A DNA stretch of 57,666 bases, the filler included, from Diploschistes diacapsis (lineage: Eukaryota), in the NCBI GenBank assembly GCA_023645945.1. It is 4 parts of 4 records of this genome, joined end to end, with 100 filler letters (N's around TTAATTAATTAA, not from the genome) between each part and the next. Parts side by side here need not be neighbours in the genome. Positions count along the whole stretch, not along the records: positions 17,282 to 25,797 come from JALAIB010001139.1; positions 25,898 to 57,666 come from JALAIB010000114.1; 2 more parts are not named here. One strand, given 5' to 3'. Within the stretch, counting starts at the first letter, position 1, and every line of letters starts with the position of its first letter. Shown here piece by piece: positions 23,165 to 33,700 of the stretch. The notes under the pieces were generated by a model. It was not told the origin of the DNA and did not search any database. It saw only the letters and a list, made by a program, of their open reading frames with translations. Position numbers and translations under genes: made by a program.

Positions 23165-24124
23165 TCATCCATCATCCTGCCCGATACCCCCCGCAACCGC
23201 CGCCTCAACCGCAAGCGCCACGAAGAAGACGACGATCAGCAGCGCCCAGACGGCGCTCCAGAAACACTTTTCCTCTACGCTGAACACCATGTCGTGGGCC
23301 GCCATCTCCTCCCTGACGCGGCGTTCGCGCTCCACGCGCCGCCGAGCCGTGGCGGCCCGCAGCTGGCGCGCGTCGTCGTCGGTGCGTCCTCCTCCTCCTC
23401 CTCCTCCAGCACGGGAAATGGTGGTTGCGTTCGCATTTGCGTTCGCGCCATCGGTAGCCTGCCGGCCTGTGCGTGCATCGCTTGAAGCGCCATTCTGAGC
23501 TTGGCCTTGGCCTTGTTGCCCCATTGTCCCGTTCCCGCTCCCGCTTCCGCTCTCCACGTCCAGCACGACCCCCTGCGCCGCCAGCCGCGCTCTTGTCCGC
23601 CTCTCCCACTGGTCCACCGGTTCGCGCCGCCCGCGGCCCAGAGCCCGGCAGCAGAGTACTGTGACCGTGTAGACGGTCACGGCGACGCCGAGGATCGCGT
23701 CGAGGATCATCAGGAAGCTGGCGGCCTGGGTTGTGACGGCGACCGGGTAGCCGACGTCGTTGGCACAGGCGGAGAACCAGGTGGCGAGCATGCCGAGGAA
23801 GCTAAGGGCGCGGAGGAGGCGACGCGTGAAGGTGTAGCGGATGGAGGGGCGGGTGGGGCGGTGGAAGTGAAGAAAGTGAAAGCGATGACGGTGGTGGGTG
23901 TGAGGAAGATGTGGTGGGGTTGGCGCTGGTTGTGCAAAGTGTTGCAGGGCGTGGGTGCTGGAGCTGGGGAGCATGTATGTGCGGCTCGGGATGGCAGGGA
24001 TCGAGGAGGTGGTGTTGGGACTTAGGGGGAGGGCAGTGAGGCTGGCGTTGGGGGAATGTAAAGGGGAGCTTTCGAAGCGTGAGCCGATGCGAGAGGGGTA
24101 GTGGAGGAGCTCCATCGTGTCCAT
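23165..24124 (-). CDS. Hypothetical membrane protein (about 3 TM segments); start uncertain
   Basis: 319-aa ORF with GC-biased codons and hydrophobic segments LLRALSFLGMLATWFSAC, FLMILDAILGVAVTVYTVTVLCC and FWSAVWALLIVVFFVALAVEAAV. No family recognised. Confidence 0.55.
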   Translation of the reverse strand: MDTMELLHYPSRIGSRFESSPLHSPNASLTALPLSPNTTSSIPAIPSRTYMLPSSSTHALQHFAQPAPTPPHLPHTHHRHRFHFLHFHRPTRPSIRYTFTRRLLRALSFLGMLATWFSACANDVGYPVAVTTQAASFLMILDAILGVAVTVYTVTVLCCRALGRGRREPVDQWERRTRARLAAQGVVLDVESGSGSGNGTMGQQGQGQAQNGASSDARTGRQATDGANANANATTISRAGGGGGGGRTDDDARQLRAATARRRVERERRVREEMAAHDMVFSVEEKCFWSAVWALLIVVFFVALAVEAAVAGGIGQDDG

Positions 24125-24842
24125 TCTGAAGAGAACGGTGAGCTGGGGTGATGAATGCAGCCAATGGGAGTATCCTTGTCAGTAGAGCCAGAAGAGAGAG
24201 CTTGCGAATCTTGATTGGAAAGAGCTGCACGTTTCATAGATGCAAAGAAATGTACGCCCAATTCTTCAAATATTATGGTAATGCCGAGAAAACGTCTACC
24301 ATGAAAAGCTGGTATCCTCATGATATTTGACAACATGATTTGTCGGCAAGTACCATAAGATAGCATGCTAACGCGAGAACGTGCTGTAACAAACCCTCTG
24401 ATCTTCGACCTTTCTCTTCGAATATTCGTGCTCTTACTTTTCTCTTAAGCTATCCTCGTTAGTGGGTTCCATGGCGGTCTGACAACTTTTGGCAGCAGCA
24501 CGTGGGTCGCCAAGGACACACGAACCGCAGAAGGTCTGGCCTGAAGGCTCTTCAGAGAACCTCACCACACAGCAAGCATGTGTCCAGCTAAAGAAAGAAT
24601 CGTGTTGGAATTCTTTACGTACCCTATGTCATATAGGTGAGGTGTGTAGGCCAGGTGTTGTGAGTGCAATTGGGTTTTTACTCGCCTTGTGGAGCTATCT
24701 GCCGGCCATCATTCGAGGTTACATTAAGCTTGGAGAGCAGCTCTGAGTGCTCACGCACTGGACCGTTGCTCTTTTAGAGCAGGGGCTAAGGCAGGCTGAA
24801 CTTCGTCTTCACTGGACATCGCATAGCTGGCTCGGAGCGCGT

Positions 24843-25434
24843 TCAACGTACAACATCTCGAAAAGAATTCTCTAACCACTTGGCTTGGGATACAGGCCAT
24901 ATTCTCGCTTCAACCTTGCCAATTACAAGTGCCATGGGGAGAGGTCCATAGTCCCTCGAGTCGCGGGACCAGTCCATATTGTCGCCAGCAACCCAAATAT
25001 GACCTTCCGGAACCTGTCAAGGAAGGTCAATCAGTGGTCACACTCTTGGACTCGTTCTCGAGTCTATGAGTTAATCTCACCTGGATCATTACATCGCTTC
25101 CACTACCAGGCGTGTCTTTCATCACGAAATCTCCGGCCATGGCAATGACGCGCTTACTCGCCCTTTCCCCTGGGGAAAGTGGATGCTTAAAGCTGATTAC
25201 ATCGCCGACCTTGATGCCTCGACCACGGCGGTGTAAACAATTGACCCAGACGCGATCACCGCGAGTATTAAGCGTTGGTAGCATAGATGGGCCATCAGTC
25301 AATGTAGGGTATCCAACCAATTGAGTGAAAACGTGGATGGTGACACTGAGCTTCAAGTAATTAATAGCAAGTCGGCCGGCTTGTCTCCATCCTGATTGCG
25401 CAGCAGACATTGATAGCGTAAAGTGTTGTATCAT
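24843..25434 (-). CDS. IMP1: Mitochondrial inner membrane protease subunit 1 (peptidase S26)
   Basis: GPSMLPT (catalytic Ser) and KRVIAMAGD (Lys). Intron about 25015-25081, then VPEGHIWVAGDNMDWSRDSRDYGPLPMALVIGKV…*. Confidence 0.88.
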
Positions 25435-25797
25435 TGGCAGAAGTAGAACTTGGAGCTTGAAAGAGAGAATATCCTGCTCATATTACATGAGGGTTTTCGG
25501 GTTCGGTCAATTCATTTCGGCCACGGATCTGATAGTGTGATCTGATTGCATGATAAGATTAACTTTACATTGGCGGCATGGTTGAACGATGAAGATAACC
25601 GCTAGCGAACCTTCTCGAAGGGCATACAGTCACGTGCCAAAAGTAATGGTCCCTACCTAAATTATAGTAGACATCACCAACTTTGGAGATGCGATGCGCA
25701 CCCAAATAATGTCCTACAAATGCGCTTTTTAGATCATTTTAATGCCCTTTATTCATAATATCTATTAATACTTTGTTTGCCACCCCTGCGCGTCGTA

Positions 25798-25897
25798 NNN
25801 NNNNNNNNNNNNNNNNNNNNNNNNNNNNNNNNNNNNNNNNNTTAATTAATTAANNNNNNNNNNNNNNNNNNNNNNNNNNNNNNNNNNNNNNNNNNNN
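25798..25897. other. Assembly gap / artificial linker
   Basis: N44-TTAATTAATTAA-N44. Confidence 0.97.
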
Positions 25898-26065
25898 TAC
25901 ATTATAATGTAATTGCGCTAGATAGTTTTAAGCGAGCTTTTGAGCCCCACAAGCACACATAAAATTATTTGTACGAAACTAAATCTGTTTTCAACTACAT
26001 TATACGAAGGTGCAGGGATTGTGACCCGCTTCGTGGGGCGACCCGTTTCCTGGTGAAACACGTTA
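25898..26065. mobile_element. Right end of a Fot1/pogo-type DNA transposon (TIR 26021-26063 + TA)
   Basis: GTGACCCGCTTCGTGGGGCGACCCGTTTCCTGGTGAAACACGT+TA: an internal direct repeat (GACCCG x2) and a terminal ACGT-TA. AT-rich sequence runs into the gap. Confidence 0.55.
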
Positions 26066-26396
26066 TGGGAAAAAACTTGATTATAAATATTATATTACGG
26101 AAAAGGGCCCGCAAAAAGGGCGGAGAGACTAATGGTAAAATATAGATTTATTTCGGTCATAATAACTGCTCTGCATTTCACCCCCCAAACGCGGGATGGT
26201 TAGGTGAAATAAAAAAACCCAAACAAAAGCAGAACTAGCTTGTTAGCGCAGTTGGAGAGCGTTTTTTTGGGCGCCTGATCCGAGGTGGAACTGCTGGGGG
26301 CGGTTGCAACCCGCCCTGCATGAAAATCTTCCCGGGCGGTAGACTAGATCGGGGCTCTCTCTCTCTCTCTCTCTGTGCTGTGGGGGGGTCGTCTAG

Positions 26397-28568
26397 ATGT
26401 GTGCGAGCCTCCTCTTCGGGATTGTTCTAAGAGCGCAGCATCCCACGCCGGCCTTTTCTCCTGCAACGAAGCGTTTGCTAGGAGGCGCAGGCCGCAGTAC
26501 GCTCGAGGCACTTGTAATTGCAAACAGACGGCCGTTCGGCAGATCGTCCGTTCCGAGAGCCACCGTCGACATGGAGACGGTCGACACCTCGGCTCGGCTC
26601 AAGGGCCTGCGCGCGCTGATGAGGGAGCAGAAGCTCGACGTCTACGTCGTCCCGTCCGAGGACAGCCACCAGTCCGAGTACATAGCGCCGTGCGACGCCC
26701 GCAGGGAGTTCGTCTCGGGCTTCTCCGGCTCGGCCGGCACGGCGGTGGTGACGCTCCAAAGCGCCGCGCTGGCCACGGACGGCAGGTACTTCAACCAGGC
26801 CAGCAAGCAGCTGGACGGCAACTGGACCCTGCTGAAGCAGGGGATGGAGGACGTCCCCACGTGGCAGGAATGGACGGCGGACCAGGCCGAGGGGGGGAAG
26901 ACGGTCGGCGTGGACGCTACGGTGCTCACGGCCTCGGATGCGAAGAAGCTGGCGGAGAGGGTCAAGAAGAAGGGGGGCGGCGAGCTCGTGGGGTCGACGG
27001 GCAATCTTGTGGACTCGGTGTGGGCCGAGGAAAAACCGGCGAGGCCGAACGAGAAGGTCAAGGTGCACCCGCTGAGATTCTCGGGCAAGGAATCGGAGAA
27101 GAAGCTGGAGGAGCTGAGGAAGGAGCTCGAGAAGAAGAAGAGTGCTGGGCTGGTTGTTTCGATGCTGGATGAGATTGCGTGGTTGTTTAATCTACGGGGG
27201 AACGACATTCCTTACAATCCTGTTTTCTTTTCATATGCTGTCATTACGCCTGCTTCGGCAACGCTGTACGTCGATGACAGCAAGGTTGAGAAGGATGTGA
27301 GAGAGCACTTGGGTTCAGGCGTCCATATTCGACCATATGCAGCCATCTTTGACGACGTGAAAGCGCTGGGCGAATCGTTATCTGCAAGCACAGGAACGCC
27401 GAGGCGCAAGTTCTGGATTTCCACCCAGGCATCGTGGGCACTATCTCTGGCCTTGGGTGGGGAGAAAAACGTCGAGGAGATACGGAGTCCCATCGGCGAC
27501 TCGAAAGCAATCAAGAACGACATTGAACTGGACGGTATGCGGCAATGCCACATTCGTGACGGTGCAGCGCTGACCGAGTACTTTGCCTGGCTGGAACATG
27601 AACTGGTGGAGAAGAAGGCTGCTTTGGACGAAGTGCAAGCAGCGGACAAACTCGAGCAGATACGCTCAAGAGGTCAACACTTTGTCGGCCTATCCTTCAA
27701 CACCATCTCCTCCACCGGTCCAAATGCCGCCGTCATACATTACTCTCCCGAGCGCGGTAATTGCGCGACTATCGATCCGCAAGCCATATATCTCTGCGAC
27801 TCTGGAGCGCAGTACTTGGACGGCACGACGGACACGACGCGAACACTGCATTTTGGAGAGCCCAAGGAGATGGAGAAGAAGGCGTATACTCTGGTATTGA
27901 AGGGTGTAATAGCATTGGACCAAGCTACATTCCCAAAGGGCACAAATGGATTGGAACTCGACGTCCTGGCGAGGCAGGCACTATGGCAGGAAGGGCTGGA
28001 TTATAGGCACGGCACTGGACATGGTGTCGGATCGTACTTGGTGAGTCCAAAGACTATACATCTTTCGCTCGACATGTCAGTATTAACATCATTGGAGAAT
28101 GTCCACGAGGGGCCGATAGGCGTAGGTACTCGCGTTCAGTACACGGAAGTTGCTCTTTCCCCTGGGAACGTAATATCGGACGGTAAGTAGACTCTTTCTT
28201 CTCAGCGCAGCGGTCCATCCAATATAGAACGCCCAGGGGACTAATACTTATGAAACTCAGAACCCGGCTACTACGAAGACGGCAACTTCGGCATCCGCAT
28301 CGAGAACATGATCCTCTGTCAGCCTAAAGAGACGACGCACAAATTTGGCGACAAGCCTTGGCTAGGCTTCGAATTTGTTACCATGACTCCCATGTGCCAG
28401 CGCCTCATCGACGCCTCGTTACTGACGGAGCCTGAAATAAAGTGGGTAAATGGGTATCATGAAGTCGTGTGGCAGAAGACCAAGGGTTTCTTCGAGGGGA
28501 GCGAGGATACAGACAAGAAGAGGGCGCTGCAGTGGTTGAAGAGGGAGACGGCGAAGATAGGGAAATAA
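26397..28568 (+). CDS. AMPP: Xaa-Pro aminopeptidase P (M24B)
   Basis: [93 protein letters not shown]. Introns about 28041-28097 and 28183-28260. Confidence 0.93.
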
Positions 28569-29174
28569 GTGCAGGTACCTAGCAGGTGTACTTGTCCATC
28601 CTGGCGATGTGGCTCTTCTGAAAGGCACTCGCTCTTGCCATTTATGCTGGGCTACTCGTCTCTTCATTTGACTTCAGACTGTTCCTCTGGAACACATGCA
28701 AAATCAAGACCCTCAAAATTCTCTCTTCGGGTCAACTCTTCAACCTAAGCCAAACAGCATTGGTGAAGATTCACCTCTTGTTGCCTGCCTCAATCCTGCC
28801 CATTAACAGACTCGTGCAGCACAAAATATGTCTCTCTGTTATCGAAGTCTTCCTCGACGCTCCTACTTTCAATCTCGATATCGTCTGCAAAGGCTTTACA
28901 AAAAGCTTCCGTCTCTTTATTCATGTTACTAAATCCGACCGTCCATAAACGCTGGACGCGAACGCAAGAATTGCCTGGAAAGCTTTGTTGCCCCACCCAC
29001 TATACATGCACATGTGTTTACTCTCCATGATCTCATGAAGCGTCTTTAGAATTGCGCAATGCGATAATGCACAGAACGTCTTTTCATTCCAACTACTGCA
29101 AGCGTTTCTCCTTTCACCAAGCTTATCGAGAACTGGGCAAACAAACACCAAGAATCTATCAAAAAACCATCAGA

Positions 29175-29672
29175 ATGCCTGGCCCAGAGAAGTAACTCCC
29201 CCTTTCACCTCCTCACACCTTACCCTCCCCCCAAGCTCAAGCCCCTATCCGAATACTGACCACGCGCGCGCGTACGTAGGCAGATCCACCCGCACCACGT
29301 CCCCCTCCCATCGCACCTACAACCCAACAATGACAAGGCAGCCTCCAACCAACACGCAACCGCCAGCACCTCCCTCACCATAGCCTCCACCCTCCCCATG
29401 CCCAACACCAGCACGCGCATGCCCGTCCTCGGCTTCGGCACCTGGGACTCTCCGCAAGACAAAACCACCTCCTCGGTCCTGACCGCCCTCTCCCTCGGCT
29501 ACCGACACATCGACACGGCGCAGGCCTACGGGAACGAAGCGCAAGTCGGCGCGGCGCTGCGGCAGAGCGGGATCCCGCGGTCCGAGATCTTCGTGACCAC
29601 CAAGATCTGGCAGGCGCGCGGCTCGGTCGCGGCCAACTACGCGTCGTGCCTGGCGAGCATCGAGCTGCTGGA

Positions 29673-29703
<31 letters not shown>

Positions 29704-30246
29704 GCCCCGGGCAGCGGGTACGTGGACCAGTTCCTGATCCACAACGTGCTGCCGAGCCGGCGGGACCGGGAGCAGGTGTGGGCCGCGCTGGAGCGGCTGC
29801 GGCGCGAGGGCCGCGTGCGCACCGTCGGCGTCAGCAACTGGGGCGTGCGCCTGCTCGAGGAGTGCCGCGCGTACGCGGACCCGTGGCCGCCCCAGGCCAA
29901 CCAGCTCGAGCTGCACCCCTGGTGCCAGCAGCGCGCCCTGCTGCCGTACCTGGCCCGCCACGGCGTCGCCGTCGCCGCCTACAGCCCGCTCGTGCGCAAC
30001 CGCGAGGCCGCCAACGAGGTGCTGGCCGCCGTTGCGCGCGAGCACGGCCGGACCGAGCCGCAGGTGCTGATCCGGTATTGCTTGCAGAAGGGCTGGGCGC
30101 CGTTGCCCAAGAGCGACAAGCCCGAGAGGATTGCCGAGAATGCCGATGTTTTTGGTTTCCACTTGAGCCCGGAGGAGATGGAGGCTCTGGACGGGGTGAG
30201 GAGAGAGGGCAAGGACGAGCCGTGCGTCATGGTTGCTGAGAATTAA
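29175..30246 (+). CDS. Aldo/keto reductase
   Basis: LGFGTW, GYRHIDTAQAYGNE, EIFVTTK, LIH, VGVSN, NQLELHP, AYSPL, LPKS: catalytic D/Y/K/H present. A probable short first exon 29175-29191 and intron 29192-29279 (GTAACT..CTGAC..TAG) are in frame with the 29398 ORF. Confidence 0.9.
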
Positions 30247-30736
30247 GGGGAAAGCGGGGGTGCGTGGGTTGTGGGGAGGCACGATGATTTTGAGGGAGTG
30301 CGAGGTGGCCAGAAGCTGCTGGCAGCATCTGAAATTGATGAGGCAGTTGCCATACAAGGATGGGCAAGTTGGATAGATAGTATGTCCACCCAACAATGCT
30401 TAATCTACAACGCATGCTCTTCCGCAGCGCCATCAAGTGGTGACCGAACGAAGCCCCAATTGACGCCATTTTTCTCACATGCTGTATCCGCCAGCCCGCA
30501 AAAAAGCCATAGCAACGCTAGAAATGGGTATCATGAACGCTCAATGAAAACAGCAAATGCGATTAGCCCAAAATGACTTGTCGACAGCTCCATGATCAAT
30601 CAAATTGCATCTTCCCAATCTCAACGCCTTGGCTCAAATAATAGTTGCAATCGGTCCCTGCTCTCTTCGCCTGTCGCATGCCCTACTTCCACTTGCTCAT
30701 TTGAAGGGGGCCCTGTCGAGCACATAGTGGCCTCGC

Positions 30737-33700
30737 TCAGTACCTTGTCCGCCGGACTCCATTAGTAGACTTCTTCTTGGTCCCCGACTCGATGGCGCGC
30801 GCCAGAGCTGGATAACTCTGAGGCAGAATACGCGATGGGGTAGAAGATTGTTGGTGCACGCTCATACCAGATGCCCTTCTGGCATTTGAGGCTTCGGCAT
30901 CCCGTCGAGGTTTCTCCGAGTTCGGCGTAAGGCCAGCATGATTTCGCGCCGATCCCATTTCATCCTTTGAAGATGGTCTCGACCCCTTAGCCTTCGAACC
31001 TTTAGTGCCAGCATTTCCCGAGTCAACATGTTTGAGTATATCTTCGAACTCATTCCTAGGTCGCTTGGCACTCGGAGCTCTGTCAGAGTCCTCGTCGCTT
31101 GTCATAAGCGAAATGACCTCAACCGCCCTCTTCTTTCCTGGTTGAGACTCAGGGAAGCCGGGTGGCTCGCGGAACTCCACGGACATGGACGGAGCAACTG
31201 TCCGAGTGCTGGGTGTATGCTGTGGATCTGACTCGTGCTCGGATTTGAACCGTACTGTAGTCGCCTCATCCTTGGGGCCATCGACATTGGCGACATTGGC
31301 AGCTGAGATAGCTTCTGCAGGGTTCTCTCCACTTACATCCTCATTTTCTCGTGAAATCCTCTCAACCGCAACTGGAGCCATGCTCAATGGCTCGATCTCG
31401 GTTCTCCTGTGTCTTTGAGGTGCGGCCACTTGGTTTGCTTCGCCACTGTCCCCGTCACTGCTCCCCTCGTCGGAACTATCAGATCCGGAGCCTTTTGTTG
31501 CATTTTTATCTTCACCTGACTTGGAAGCTTCAATGCTGCTCACTTTTCCTTGGTCTTCCACCAGCAACTGTGGGGGTTCTTTACCGGTGCCAGGGGCTTG
31601 AACGGAATCCGCGGCCCCTTCAACGCTTGGTGGCAATTCAAGTATGTCCGCTTTTAAAATGCCACTTTTCACTCGAGCAATGATTCGAGCAACTTTATCG
31701 AAATAGGCTTCAATGCTATCGCACGATCTGTAAGCGTCCATTTCTAACTGATAGGCACCCCGAGCTGATATGCCCAATGGGAGTCCGGAACCAGGTGTCG
31801 CGATTGGTTTTTGCAAGCATGCCTCGAGTTCCAATCTATTTCCTTGGCGGACTTCGTCCGATAGGCCGTGGAGTAGATTGTTAACAATTCCGCTGGCCAA
31901 CTGACTAGATAGTGGTTGTCGGGGCTTGGGTGAAGCTGTTTGTGGGAGCAATGCCAAATCCACAGTTACTGGAGATTGCTGCCTATTGGGCGTCAACTCT
32001 TGTTCAGCTGAAGTACCTTGCAGTAGCTGTTGAGAAACAGGGTGGCCAACAGGCGTTCCAGGATTTCGCCCCCCAAAGAAAACATTGTGATTGTTCTGAG
32101 CCAAGTACGGTAACCTATTCTCGATGGCCTTATGCACATCTGACACTGGCGGCATCGATGCTGGGGATGATCCATAGAACGGTCTAATTGGCATCACAGG
32201 ATTCGTAGGTTTGAGAATTTCCCATTGTTTTGCCCGCATCCTTTGGTCATAAGCTTGGGGGTCTTGACGACGCAGCTTGTTCAGTTTCATTTTCTCCTGT
32301 GCCTCAGCTTCTTCTTCTGGTGTGAGAGTTTCCTTCTCCTCGGCGAAGAAAGATTCGGCTTGCACGATCGACCGAATCTGCGGTGTCCCATTTCCAGTTC
32401 CTATCATGTTGTCCAAGACCATAGGATCTTTCCCAACGAACGACTGGAGATCCTGTTGAGCCTTATCTTCTAAAGGAAATATGTATCGCCCCATGCTCTG
32501 CATTGCCGACCTCACAGTATCCTTTTTGTCAACGACACGTGTAGCTAGTTGCAGTTTATAGACCCCTTGATTTTGAAGTGGCTCTTCGAAAGACCCAGCG
32601 ATAACCAGTCGATAGACGTAAACGTGCCTTTGCTGCCCAATGCGGTACGCTCTGCCTATGGCTTGTTGCTCATTCATCGGATTAAAGCTATCGTCAATTA
32701 TGACCACGCGGGATGCTCCTAGAACGTATTAGCCTTTCCCTCTTACTATGAGAGGCCACCGTACCAAATAGGTTCAAGCCTGCTCCACCCGCACGAGTCG
32801 AAACTAGCATCACTTCCTTGTTTCCCTCATTGAATTCACGTGCCAGCTCCTGCCGACTAGTTGCTGGTGTCGCACCATCGATTCGAGACACCTTGTAGTC
32901 CTTAACAATCCGTTTCTCGATATAATCGAGTGTGTGGATACTGTGTGAAAAGACTAACGTCTTTTCGTTGGCGCTTCTTGAATAGGCTAAAATGGAAGCA
33001 AGCAAATCCATCTTAGAGGAGCTCTGTGGCGCACGAAGCAGTTTCGGGTCAAAACTTTGTAATAATTCAAGATGCTGCTCGATCATCGCTTCCGAAAGGC
33101 CCATATGTCTGATGGGTGTTTGAGATGCCTGCTCGGCTTCAGCCTCCAAAAGATCGACATTAACGTTTGACGGGCAATCTTTTCGAGTCTGCTCATTAAT
33201 CGTGTCTTTGATCTCGGCTGGAATATTTGCCTCCTTCAGACGCTCCTGGAAGCATTTCGGTGAATTGCATAGTAGTTTTAAAATGCCCATCCATCCAATA
33301 ATATTTATTCGGTGCGCGTTCGCAGCATCAGCGCCGAGGGAACTGACAAAAGCGTTGTAACACTCGCGCTGAATCTCCGTCGGCGGTAAAAAGAGAAGGA
33401 ATTCTGTTTTCCCTTTGATCTGACCTTTCAAAGCATTGTAGTCAGCTCTGTGCACTTTTGGGGATAGTTCGTTCTCGAGAACTCTGAGCTGCGTCAACGC
33501 TCGACGATGCGTGGCCCTAGATACATCCGAATATAAACCTCGAGAGATCGGTAGTTCGAATTCATCCCTGAACTCGGCATAGCTGCCTAAATAGCCTTTA
33601 CATGCCCAATTGATGATGTGAAAATACTCAGCAAGATTATTGGACAAGGGAGATCCAGTCAGAGCAATGCGAGTCTTTGTCTTGAATTGTTTCATAACCG

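Noticed and set aside
26237..26320. tRNA-like pieces: A-box-like TAGCGCAGTTGG and a 5-bp stem with 7-nt loop GGCGG-TTGCAAC-CCGCC
   Set aside because: No acceptor-stem pairing, the loop lacks TTC, there is no anticodon arm, and an internal T7 run would terminate Pol III.
29317..30396. 359-aa antisense ORF over the aldo-keto reductase (and similar shadow ORFs over uaY, AMPP, the mucin and ERF4)
   Set aside because: Expected by-product of high GC3 or repetitive coding on the opposite strand, with no recognisable motifs.
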